Source of the DNA: Edaphocola sp.
GTDB lineage: Bacteria > Bacteroidota > Bacteroidia > Chitinophagales > Chitinophagaceae
Length of the DNA: 64,000 bases
Direction: 5' to 3'
NCBI GenBank assembly: GCA_035708205.1
Contig: DASSSY010000008.1
Span: 88,314-152,313 of the forward strand
Notes under the pieces: model-generated
Database searches by the model: none
The model's input: only the letters and a program-made list of their open reading frames with translations
Told to the model about the DNA's origin: nothing
Position numbers and translations under genes: made by a program
Shown here: positions 1-8,571 of the stretch, piece by piece
Layout of the letters: each line of letters begins with the position of its first letter
How positions within the stretch are numbered: the stretch's first letter is position 1

Positions 1-2
1 AT

Positions 3-1079
3 GTTGCTCAAGCGGTGGCCGGCTCTGATCATCCCCGATATTTAAGAGCGAAAAGCCAGCTCTCCGAACATTTGTATAAACAAATCGATTTGGTTGCCGA
101 CACGAACTTCAAGGTTGTCATTTACGGGGAGACGGGGACCGGCAAGGAATCCGTGGCGCGCAGGCTGTGCAATGGTAAATATAAGAACAAGCCGTTCGTC
201 CCGGTTGACTGTGGCTGCCTGAACCGGGAGCTGGCGGGCAGCGAATTATTCGGGCATGTAAAAGGCAGTTTTAGCGGCGCTTATAGTGATAAGAAAGGCG
301 CGTTTGAAGAGGCGAACGGGGGAACTATTTTTTTAGATGAGATCGGTAACCTGGATTATTCCGTGCAGATATTATTGCTGAGGGCCATTGAGGAAAAAAA
401 GATAAAAAGAGTCGGTAGCAATGAGGAAATAGATATCGACGTCAGGATTATTGCCGCCTCTAATGAAAAGCTTTCCGATGCCGTTCAGAACGGTAAGTTC
501 CGGGAAGACCTCTATTACCGGTTAAATGAATTCGAGATCGTTATTCCTCCTCTCAGGGAGAGAATGGATGATGTGGAGCTGTTTATAGATTTCTTTATTG
601 ATGAGGCTAACCGGGATTTAGGGAAAAATATTGCAGGCGTCCAACCTGATCTTCTGGAGAAGTTAAAATCCTATGACTGGCCCGGCAACATCAGGGAATT
701 AAAAAATGTCATAAGACGCGGAAGCCTGATGGCAACTGACAGGATCACCTTTTCCTGTATGTCCTCCGAGTTCTTGCACCGGCTGGAGAATCCGCAAACG
801 GAGCAGGACCTTCCGCTGTTAAACGCCGATACCTCTTCATCTTCAGCAGGGGAGAAAAAAGAAAGCCTGAAGGCGAAAAGCATTATTGCCGAATATGAAG
901 AAATTATTGGTATGCTTAGGAAAGTGAATTTTAATAAAACCAAAGCCGCTCAGCGTTTGAATATCAATAGGACAACGCTATATAACAAGCTACGAGCTTT
1001 TCATGAGCTTATCGCCGTTCAGGGTTTCTCAACGGTCGATGCGACGCCGGATATGCCTTTCTATGGCAGCATTGATTAA
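3..1079 (+). CDS. sigma-54-dependent transcriptional activator (bEBP), 5' end cut by window edge
   Basis: Frame is open back to nt 3. AAA+ motifs GETGTGKE, GAFEEANGGTIFLDEIG and WPGNIRELKNV. C-terminal Fis-type HTH NKTKAAQRLNINRTTLYNKL. The sigma54-contact loop reads GSFSGA instead of GAFTGA. Confidence 0.85.
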   Translation, partial: VAQAVAGSDHPRYLRAKSQLSEHLYKQIDLVADTNFKVVIYGETGTGKESVARRLCNGKYKNKPFVPVDCGCLNRELAGSELFGHVKGSFSGAYSDKKGAFEEANGGTIFLDEIGNLDYSVQILLLRAIEEKKIKRVGSNEEIDIDVRIIAASNEKLSDAVQNGKFREDLYYRLNEFEIVIPPLRERMDDVELFIDFFIDEANRDLGKNIAGVQPDLLEKLKSYDWPGNIRELKNVIRRGSLMATDRITFSCMSSEFLHRLENPQTEQDLPLLNADTSSSSAGEKKESLKAKSIIAEYEEIIGMLRKVNFNKTKAAQRLNINRTTLYNKLRAFHELIAVQGFSTVDATPDMPFYGSID

Positions 1080-1101
1080 AATGCCCTCAACTGAAGGCTT
1101 A

Positions 1102-1156
1102 ATGGCAACATAAATGCCGCCTGTTCGTTCGAAACAGGCGGCATTTATGTTGCCAT
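1102..1156. terminator. Palindrome with a perfect 24-bp stem (atggcaacataaatgccgcctgtt / aacaggcggcatttatgttgccat), 22 nt after the regulator stop; probable terminator
   Basis: Arms 1102-1125 and 1133-1156 are exact reverse complements with a 7-nt loop. There is no clean T-run, so the terminator call is tentative. Confidence 0.4.
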
Positions 1157-1185
1157 GAGAAGTTCCTCATAAAAATAATAATGGT

Positions 1186-1277
1186 GTTTAAGCGGAAACG
1201 GTTGGGTATTAACGCTGTAAGATCTCTTTGGCCAGGTTGAGATAGTTAAGTTTAAGCGGAAACGGTTGGGTATTAAC
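1186..1277 (+). repeat. Two exact 28-bp direct repeats (GTTTAAGCGGAAACGGTTGGGTATTAAC) separated by 36 bp
   Basis: Copies at 1186-1213 and 1250-1277 were read directly. No third copy occurs at the expected 64-bp period on either side. Confidence 0.8.
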
Positions 1278-1480
1278 CCGAGAAGAGAAATTTTAGCCTG
1301 GCTTTCCACGGAACATATAATGATGGCCAAGCGCCATAAGCTCATTTTCAAACGATAAAGACGAAGAATATAATGACCGTAATTTTTGATGGCGGCCGGG
1401 CCGGAACATGACAAACCTCCATAGTAAAACACCCGACGGTATATTTGAATATGAAATACCTGTTTAAATCCAGGCTTCCT

Positions 1481-2347
1481 TTAAGCGACGATTTCACCGC
1501 CGTTTGGATGTAATACCTGTCCTGCAATATAAACGGCGTCATCACTGGCTAAAAATAAAAAACAAGGCGCTATTTCATTAGGTTGTCCGGCCCTGCCCAT
1601 CGGCGTATCGCTTCCAAACTTCGAAACTTCCTTCGGACTTAATGATGATGCGATCAGGGGCGTCCAGACCGGGCCCGGCGCAACGGCATTTACCCGGATC
1701 CCTTTTTTGATCAGATTAATGGCCAGGCTTCTTGTAAAAGACAGGATAGCCCCTTTGCTGGCGGCATAATCCATCAGGTGCGGGCTTCCGCGAAAAGCGG
1801 TAACCGAGGTGGTATTGATTATCGAAGATCCCGGTTTCAAATGGGGAACCGTATATTTTGTCATCCAGAAGCATGAGTAAAAATTGGTCGCGAACGTTCT
1901 CATGAGCTGCTCGGAAGATATATTACCGATGTCATCAATTTCCCAATGTACCGCGGCGTTATTGATCAATATGTCAATACGGCCGAATGCATTCATAGTG
2001 GTCTCGACGACGTTTTCACAGTTCTGCTCGTTGCTTAGATCGGCCGCTATTACCCGGCACCGGCGCCCTGACCGCTCAATTTCATGTTTTGTTTCCAGCG
2101 CGTCATCGTTTTCGTTTAAATAAACGATGACGATATCAGAACCTTCACGGGCAAACAATTTTGCCGTAGCTTTGCCTATGCCGCTATCTCCGCCGCTGAT
2201 AATGGTCACTTTTCCTTTAAGCTTCTGGTGGTTTTGAAAATGTTCAGGATTTGATTCGGGAACAGGGGTCATGTCCGTTTCTTTTCCCGGTTTGGCCTGG
2301 GTTTGTGCTGGACGGACCTTTCTTGTTTCTGTGCTCATACCGTTCAA
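1481..2347 (-). CDS. SDR-family oxidoreductase (general-stress YhxC/YghA-like)
   Basis: Rossmann motif ISGGDSGIGKA, NNAA, and catalytic Y/K in DYAASKGAI. Length of 288 aa is typical. Confidence 0.8.
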   Translation of the reverse strand: MNGMSTETRKVRPAQTQAKPGKETDMTPVPESNPEHFQNHQKLKGKVTIISGGDSGIGKATAKLFAREGSDIVIVYLNENDDALETKHEIERSGRRCRVIAADLSNEQNCENVVETTMNAFGRIDILINNAAVHWEIDDIGNISSEQLMRTFATNFYSCFWMTKYTVPHLKPGSSIINTTSVTAFRGSPHLMDYAASKGAILSFTRSLAINLIKKGIRVNAVAPGPVWTPLIASSLSPKEVSKFGSDTPMGRAGQPNEIAPCFLFLASDDAVYIAGQVLHPNGGEIVA

Positions 2348-2355
2348 TTTTATTA

Positions 2356-2604
2356 TTATTTGTCTGACGGCTTTTTTGATTTTTTCCTTTTTGACTCATC
2401 TGATTTTTCAGACGGGTCATCTGAGGACTCATCTCTCTTTTTCGGAACCTTTGCCCCTTCCTCCCGGGCTTCCGACAAGCCTATTGCTATGGCCTGTTCG
2501 CGGGAAGTGACTTTTTCACCGCTGCTGCTTTTCAGCTTACCTTCCTTCATTTCATGCAATGCCTTTTCTACTTTTTCCTGGGCTTTTTTTGAATACTTTG
2601 CCAT
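2356..2604 (-). CDS. Small Lys/Glu-rich stress-type protein (DUF6496-like)
   Basis: MAKYSKKAQEKVEKALHEMKEGKLKSSSGEKVTSREQAIAIGLSEAR resembles the conserved core of this small-protein family as I recall it. It lies 9 nt upstream of the SDR gene on the same strand. Confidence 0.5.
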   Translation of the reverse strand: MAKYSKKAQEKVEKALHEMKEGKLKSSSGEKVTSREQAIAIGLSEAREEGAKVPKKRDESSDDPSEKSDESKRKKSKKPSDK

Positions 2605-3354
2605 GATTGATATTTTTTCGAATGAAACAATGATATCGTGTCAAAAATGTTTCCAAGATGTATGCCAAACCGTTTGCGCCGGGAAGGCTATTACCGTAAA
2701 AATCCTGTTTCTCGTTAGTATTTAAGCAAAACAAAGTCTTGAAAGCATAGCTAAGACACTATTTATACGATAACAAGGCTATGTGATAAGAAAAAGCTAA
2801 ATAGATATCTGCTTGGATTCATTTGTTTGGGCTTGTTTATTCCGTGTAAGTTGCTATACGCCTGTATAAGTTAATACACGCCTGAAACCTTATCCTGTTC
2901 TGGATAAGCAAAATGGACCCAGAAAAGCTGGTTTTACGCTATAACAAAATGCAATTGATAAGCTGCCAACCTACCGGCTTCCAGCCTGCAATTACTTTGC
3001 TGCCGGCCGGAAGCATTTGATAACCTGTGTTTCAATAGCGTTTCCGCTTCTCTTCAAAAGACAGGAAGATGTTATGTTAAATAAAAAGGACATAAGGATA
3101 TACATGCCGCTAACCGGAGGAGAGGAGGTCATGTCGCGACCGGGTAAATTGAATAGAAGCGCTGCGAAAAGCCTTTTCGCAACTTAATATATTTACGGAG
3201 ATCAAAGATGCGGATATCGTAAACTGTTGACGTTGGCCTAGGACGTTCGGCCAGTAAATTTCCAGCGATAACGTTTTGACTACAACAATCGCAGATCTGA
3301 TTACATCTGTTTCTCGAGGACGCCTCATCTTTGCATAAACGAAAAAGATAAAGA

Positions 3355-4269
3355 ATGAAAATTGTATTAACAGGATCATTAGGTCATATCGGCAAGCCCC
3401 TGGCACAAGATCTGGTTCAGAAAGGCCATGATGTTACGGTCATTAGCAGTCGTGCAGAAAAGCAAAAAGGAATTCAGGAAACGGGGGCATTTCCCGCTAT
3501 CGGCCATCTGGAAGATGCGGATTTCCTGGCGACGGTCTTTACGGGTGCGGATGCCGTATATTGCATGACCCCGACACCCGGTTCATTTTTTCATAATATC
3601 GATCTGGTGGCGCATTATCTCAAATTTGGCCCGAATTATCTGCAGGCCATTCACCGTTCAGGGGTAAAAAGGATCGTACAGCTCAGCAGCGTTGGTGCGC
3701 ATACGGACCAGGGTAACGGTATACTTCGTTACGCGTATGAGACAGAGCGTATTTTGAAACAATTGGCTCCGGAAGTTTCCATTACTTTTATGCGGCCCGT
3801 CGGGTTTTATTACAATTTGCTGGCTTTTATTCCGGAGATAAAAGAAAAAGGTGTTATGGTATCCAACTATGGCGGGGAGGATAAGAAACCCTGGGTGTCC
3901 CCGTTAGATATTGCTGCGGCCTGCGCAGAGGAATTAACTGATCTCCTGCCTGGAAAAAGAAAAATACGGTATGTCGCCAGCGATGAGCTGAGCTGCAATG
4001 ACATAGCCGGCATTTTGGGAGCAGCCGTCGGCCGTCCGGAATTAAAATGGCAGGTCATTTCCGATGGGCAAATGCTGGGCAGACTAACGGAAGCAGGTAT
4101 GTATCCGGATACGGCCCGCGGATTTGTAGAAATGAACGCCAACATGCAAAGTGGCAAATTATATGAAGATTATTATCGTCACAAACCTGTACTGGGCACA
4201 AGAAAAATGACGGATTTTGCCGGAGAATTTGCGAAAGCGTATTATCAGGAATCATTTCATAATAACTAA
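3355..4269 (+). CDS. NmrA-like / NAD(P)H-binding atypical SDR
   Basis: N-terminal MKIVLTGSLGHIGKPLAQDLVQKGHDVTVISS Rossmann fold, 304 aa. Confidence 0.7.
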   Translation: MKIVLTGSLGHIGKPLAQDLVQKGHDVTVISSRAEKQKGIQETGAFPAIGHLEDADFLATVFTGADAVYCMTPTPGSFFHNIDLVAHYLKFGPNYLQAIHRSGVKRIVQLSSVGAHTDQGNGILRYAYETERILKQLAPEVSITFMRPVGFYYNLLAFIPEIKEKGVMVSNYGGEDKKPWVSPLDIAAACAEELTDLLPGKRKIRYVASDELSCNDIAGILGAAVGRPELKWQVISDGQMLGRLTEAGMYPDTARGFVEMNANMQSGKLYEDYYRHKPVLGTRKMTDFAGEFAKAYYQESFHNN

Positions 4270-4277
4270 AAATAAAA

Positions 4278-5003
4278 ATGATGAGAACCGTATTGATCTC
4301 TGGAGCCAATCAGGGAATTGGCTTTGAAACAGCCCGGCAGCTGGCACGATCGGGCTGTTTTGTGTATTTAGGCAGCAGAACTAAAAGCAATGGCGAACAG
4401 GCCGTAAGTAAATTAAAAGAATCGGGAATTTCAAATATAGCATGGATGGAATTGGATGTTACGGACGTCCATTCCGTCAAGCGGGCCCGCCAGGAACTGG
4501 AAAGCCAAACGGGCGTTTTGGATGTATTGATCAATAATGCCGGCATCGCCGGAGAGCAGCCACAAAATATGTCTGCCGGTGACATGGGAAATTTGCGAAA
4601 TGTATTTGAAACCAATTTTTTCGGCGTCGTCCGAACTACGCAACAATTTATTCCGCTTTTAAAAAGATCAAGCCGGCCGGTCATCATCAATGTATCCAGC
4701 GAAATGGGCTCCCTGGCCACTCAAAGCCATACAAAAAATCCCAACCGTGGATCATATGACGCTTATAGTTGTTCCAAAGCGGCGTTGAATGCTTTTACGG
4801 TTATGCTGTCCAATGAACTTATGAGCGCCGGTTTTAGGATAAACAGTGTGACGCCGGGCTATACGGCCACTAACCTGAATCAGTACCAAGGCGCCAAAAC
4901 ACCTGAAGAGGGCGCAAGCGCGATCGTTAAATATGTCACCATGCCGGAAAGCGAAATGGCGTCCGGAAAGTTTTTTAATGGAGACGGTGAGATTCCCTGG
5001 TAA
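4278..5003 (+). CDS. SDR-family oxidoreductase (carbonyl-reductase-like)
   Basis: ISGANQGIGFETARQLA, NNAGI, and YSCSKAALN catalytic Y-x3-K. Confidence 0.8.
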   Translation: MMRTVLISGANQGIGFETARQLARSGCFVYLGSRTKSNGEQAVSKLKESGISNIAWMELDVTDVHSVKRARQELESQTGVLDVLINNAGIAGEQPQNMSAGDMGNLRNVFETNFFGVVRTTQQFIPLLKRSSRPVIINVSSEMGSLATQSHTKNPNRGSYDAYSCSKAALNAFTVMLSNELMSAGFRINSVTPGYTATNLNQYQGAKTPEEGASAIVKYVTMPESEMASGKFFNGDGEIPW

Positions 5004-5190
5004 AGATATTGCCCGGAAATCTTTATTTTCGTAGTGAACTACAAATTGTAAGCTATTTGCACGAGGAGCCATTCATCAAGAGATATTACGCGAACGTAAA
5101 TCCTTATCGTCAGGCTTTGAACCAAGTCGGAATGCTAAACAAGATATCAATTAAACTATTGCAAATTCTAAACGGAAAAACACGCATAAG

Positions 5191-5955
5191 ATGAGCACAA
5201 AAAATAAAACGGCTTTAATTACCGGCGGTAGCCGGGGCCTGGGGCGTAATATGGCCCTGGCCATTGCAAAAAAAGGGATCGATGTGGCGATTACCTATCA
5301 TACCAATCAGCCGGAGGCGGAAAAAGTAGCGGCGGAGGTCCGGGCGCTGGGACAAAAAGCCTGTATCTTCCGGCTCGATACCCGTAATACCCGGCAGTTT
5401 GATGATTTCGTTACACAGCTCACCGGAACCCTTCAGGAACAAAACGGCAACCCTAATATTGATTTCCTGATCAATAATGCGGGTACGGCGCTTTATGCAC
5501 CGGCTGGTGATACGACGGAAGAGCAGCTCGACGACATTTTCAATATTCATTATAAAGGGGTTTTCTTCCTGACTCAGAAGCTGTTGCCCCGTTTGAACGA
5601 TGGCGGCGGCATCATTAATATTTCATCAGGGCTGACGAGAATTATTATCCCCGGCTCTTCGGTATATGGCTCCGTGAAAGCCGCGGTGGAGGTTTATACG
5701 CGTTACCTGGCAAAGGAGCTGGGCGGGCGGAAAATCCGGGTGAATGTTGTCGCCCCGGGTGCTATTGAAACGGATTTCGGTGGCGGACATACCCGTGATA
5801 ATAAAGAGATCAATAGCCGGATCGCCGCCATGACCGCTTTAGGACGTGTTGGCCTGCCGGATGACATTGGCGGTGTGGTTGCCTTTTTGTGTACGGAAGA
5901 TGCTTATTGGATCAATGGACAGCGTATTGAGGCCTCCGGCGGACAATCGCTTTAA
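5191..5955 (+). CDS. SDR-family oxidoreductase (FabG-like)
   Basis: ITGGSRGLGRNMA, NNAG, YGSVKAAV, and a PGAIETD tail. Confidence 0.8.
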   Translation: MSTKNKTALITGGSRGLGRNMALAIAKKGIDVAITYHTNQPEAEKVAAEVRALGQKACIFRLDTRNTRQFDDFVTQLTGTLQEQNGNPNIDFLINNAGTALYAPAGDTTEEQLDDIFNIHYKGVFFLTQKLLPRLNDGGGIINISSGLTRIIIPGSSVYGSVKAAVEVYTRYLAKELGGRKIRVNVVAPGAIETDFGGGHTRDNKEINSRIAAMTALGRVGLPDDIGGVVAFLCTEDAYWINGQRIEASGGQSL

Positions 5956-5967
5956 ACCGATAGCTTC

Positions 5968-6879
5968 GTGATGCCGCATACAAGGCCCGTAAGGATAAAA
6001 ACGATCAGTGAGCTCCACCGTCTGCGCGGGTTGCCCCGGCCGGAACATCCGCTCATCAGCGTAGTGGATTATTCAGCCATGGGGCCGGGAGAGAATATGT
6101 CCATAACTATGGATTTCTATTCGGTCGCCGTAAAAAGAGGCGTAGGAAAGTTGTTCTACGGGCAGCAGCAATATGATTTTGATGAAGGTGTCCTGTATTT
6201 TTTAGCGCCTCATCAGGTCCTGCGGTCCAACCCTGAAGCGGGCAGCCTTCAAGAAAGATCAGGATGGATTTTATATTTTCATCCCGACTTTTTATGGAAT
6301 ACGCCTTTGGCCAGGACCATTAAGCAGTACGATTTTTTTGATTATTCGGTACACGAAGCGTTGTTCCTTTCTCAAAAGGAAGAAGAGGTCATTCATGGAA
6401 TTATCCGGAATATCAAACAAGAGTATCATTCCAATATCGATAAATTCAGCCAGAACATTATCATCTCGCAAATAGAGACCCTGTTAAGCTATTCTCAACG
6501 TTTTTACGAACGCCAGTTCATAACCCGGAAAGTAACCAACCACCAGATACTTGACCGGTTGGAAAGTTTATTGGACGACTGCTTCAACAGCGGTGACGCA
6601 GGAGCGAAAGGGCTGCCCGGGGTACGGTTCATAGCGGATACCCTGAATGTTTCGCCCGGATACCTGAGCGGGCTGCTCAAAAGCCTCACCGGGAAAAGCA
6701 CCCAGGAGCATATTCATGAAAAGCTTATCGAAAAGGCGAAAGAGAGGCTTTCGACGACTGCTTTATCGGTCAGTGAGATTGCTTATGAGCTTGGTTTTGA
6801 ACATTCGCAGTCTTTCAGTAAATTATTTAAAAGCAAAACCAATCAAACTCCTTTGGCGTTTAGACGGTCGTTCAACTGA
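5968..6879 (+). CDS. AraC-family transcriptional regulator
   Basis: C-terminal double HTH (IADTLNVSPGYLSGLLKSLTGKSTQEHI ... VSEIAYELGFEHSQSFSKLFKSKTNQTP). It directly follows three reductase genes. Confidence 0.85.
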   Translation: MMPHTRPVRIKTISELHRLRGLPRPEHPLISVVDYSAMGPGENMSITMDFYSVAVKRGVGKLFYGQQQYDFDEGVLYFLAPHQVLRSNPEAGSLQERSGWILYFHPDFLWNTPLARTIKQYDFFDYSVHEALFLSQKEEEVIHGIIRNIKQEYHSNIDKFSQNIIISQIETLLSYSQRFYERQFITRKVTNHQILDRLESLLDDCFNSGDAGAKGLPGVRFIADTLNVSPGYLSGLLKSLTGKSTQEHIHEKLIEKAKERLSTTALSVSEIAYELGFEHSQSFSKLFKSKTNQTPLAFRRSFN

Positions 6880-7059
6880 TGGAAAGGATCATGATCATAA
6901 AAACAGTATCCCGGACCTTGTTTCGATGCTGCCTTAATTTATAAAAAGGGCACATGGCGGTCGTAAATAGGTATAGCCGGGCATAACTTTTCCAAAACAG
7001 GTAAAGTTGTGGAGCGCCTGGTGGCGGAAGCCTTCATGAGGGTGAAAGGGTGATATTAA

Positions 7060-7097
7060 GGAAGAGGGTAGCTATCATGCTATCCTCTTCCTTTTTT
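7060..7097 (+). terminator. Rho-independent terminator-like hairpin plus T-run
   Basis: ggaagagggtagc tatca tgctatcctcttcc followed by tttttt. Confidence 0.5.
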
Positions 7098-7170
7098 ATC
7101 TGATCCGCTCTATCGGTGATCATTAATCGATTTAAATATCGTCGGCATAAGTGATGGATTATCCTCAAAT

Positions 7171-7202
7171 AAAAAGCCCCATGCTATAGCACAGGGCCTT
7201 TT
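7171..7202 (-). terminator. Hairpin flanked by A- and T-runs; likely the original tRNA-Pro terminator displaced by the island insertion
   Basis: aaaaagcccc atgctatagc acagggcctttt lies immediately outside the distal copy of the tRNA-Pro 3' end. Read on the minus strand, it follows that tRNA fragment. Confidence 0.5.
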
Positions 7203-7206
7203 AGAT

Positions 7207-7222
7207 GTCGGGAAGACAGGAT
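7207..7222. repeat. Distal att core (copy of the tRNA-Pro 3' end)
   Basis: Exact 16-nt match to 23994-24009. Near-match extends about 6 nt further outward. Confidence 0.85.
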
Positions 7223-7283
7223 GAATACCCGTCATTCTAAACCATTGATAATTAATTTCTTACTACCAAACCAAAAAAAAGAG

Positions 7284-7302
7284 GGCCACGAATAGGGCAC
7301 TA
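7284..7302 (+). repeat. 19-mer gggccacgaatagggcact, candidate integrase arm-type site (distal arm)
   Basis: Exact second copy at 23874-23892 in the same orientation. Both lie inside the island, about 60-100 nt from the cores. Confidence 0.6.
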
Positions 7303-7592
7303 AATGAACGGCCTCATCATGTTTGCCTTTATTTTGATGGTTTCAATGAGCATTGTAACAGCAAATGTAAGAAAAAGGATTCAAATCCTTCGGTTCGTGG
7401 CCATTCTGTCTGTGCCGCCAGCAGGCTGATCCAATACCGCTTGATGGCCTATTTATAGTTCTCGTCTGCGATAATATACGCATTTCGGGTATTAACGCAG
7501 ACGAAAACTTAGCGGTGAGGCGTTCTTTTCTGTCTGTCAGGAGCATCAATCCCGATAAATGATTGATGGTTTTCAATCCTTCGGTCAATGTT

Positions 7593-7759
7593 CCATTCGG
7601 CTCACCGATAGGCAGCCAAAATGCAGCGTGGCGGCAAACCCAAATTTTGCCAAAAAATACGATCCGCCGCTTGGCGGATGGAGATTTTTTGAAGCAAACT
7701 CGTCCCAATTTGGGTTTGCCTCGGGCGGCCATACCTTCGCCGGCGGGGGAGCCGAATGG
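7593..7759. repeat. ~170-bp imperfect palindrome (nested inverted repeats)
   Basis: Pairs found: ccattcggctc 7593-7603 with gagccgaatgg 7749-7759; ggcaaacccaaatt 7633-7646 with aatttgggtttgcc 7707-7720; caaaaaat 7651-7658 with attttttg 7684-7691; central hairpin ccgcc-gctt-ggcgg 7664-7677. Confidence 0.8.
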
Positions 7760-7796
7760 TAATTTTTTGAAGTCCTTTTACCCAGCTATCTTTGTT

Positions 7797-8540
7797 TCAG
7801 GCTAACATTTTTTCTAACTTCGTTTTCCACTTCTCCCAGTCTCGCATTTCTTTAGTTTGTAAATCGAAAAACTTCTGTGTATGGTCATGATGTATTAAAT
7901 GACAGAGCTCGTGTATAATAACATACTCAATGCAGCCCTTTGGGGCTTTAATCAGTTCAGGATTAATAATGATTTTGCCTTTAGCAGTGCAACTTCCCCA
8001 ACGGGTGGGCATTTTTCGAAAAGTTATGAGATATGAATTATGAGCTATGAGTTCAATATTGTGTTTAACCACAAACTTTTCAAGTAAGGGAGAGGCTATT
8101 TGTGGCAGGCGTTCCTTCGCTTTTTGCAAGTACCAATCTTCTACCAACCTTTTTGCCTTGCTTTTATCTTTTGTATAGACATTTAAAAAACCTCCGCTCA
8201 TTCTTACACAATCATTTCTAACCCCTAATTCATCATTCATAATTCTTAAACGGTATTGTCGACCCAAATAAAGATGGGTTTCCCCACTAACATATTTTCG
8301 CTTTGGCGTTTTTGGTTGAAAGGAAAGGAAAAAACTTTGCTGTTTGAGTATCCATGGCGCTTTCTTTTTTATTTTCTCTTTTACCTTCTCAATTGACGTG
8401 TCTGCCGGTGCTTTTACCAATACTTCCATTTCTGGGGTTACGGTAATGCCAAGAGATTTCCGGTTGGAATACACCAAACGAAAGTCAATAACCTTACTGC
8501 CAAATTGAATATTACTTAGTTCTTCTTTCCCTACATTCAT
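7797..8540 (-). CDS. YgjP-like / M48-family zinc metallohydrolase (DUF45), R-M associated
   Basis: HExxH motif in IIHELCHLIHHDH. It sits immediately downstream of hsdR, as is typical for this family. Confidence 0.8.
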   Translation of the reverse strand: MNVGKEELSNIQFGSKVIDFRLVYSNRKSLGITVTPEMEVLVKAPADTSIEKVKEKIKKKAPWILKQQSFFLSFQPKTPKRKYVSGETHLYLGRQYRLRIMNDELGVRNDCVRMSGGFLNVYTKDKSKAKRLVEDWYLQKAKERLPQIASPLLEKFVVKHNIELIAHNSYLITFRKMPTRWGSCTAKGKIIINPELIKAPKGCIEYVIIHELCHLIHHDHTQKFFDLQTKEMRDWEKWKTKLEKMLA

Positions 8541-8571
8541 AACTCATAATTCATCGTTCATAATTCATCGT

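Noticed and set aside
1186-1277. Possible CRISPR array
   Set aside because: There are only two repeat units, with no third copy at the 64-bp period and no cas genes or leader in the window. It is kept as a plain repeat and as a low-interest finding rather than called CRISPR.
6990-7058. Short frame encoding ...IGIAGHNFSKTGKVVERLVAEAFMRVKG* between the AraC gene and the terminator
   Set aside because: It looks like the tail of a decayed gene, but at 26 codons with no start it is too short to support a pseudogene call without a homology search.
7375-7400. tRNA-like T-arm (aaggattcaaatcctt)
   Set aside because: I could not build an acceptor, D or anticodon arm around it. It is probably part of the degenerate repeat noted in the palindrome finding.
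7343-7805. ORFs on both strands in the distal island arm (7343-7732(-), 7559-7762(+), 7563-7805(+))
   Set aside because: The mirrored peptides arise from the long palindrome. There are no start context, motifs or coding-like composition.
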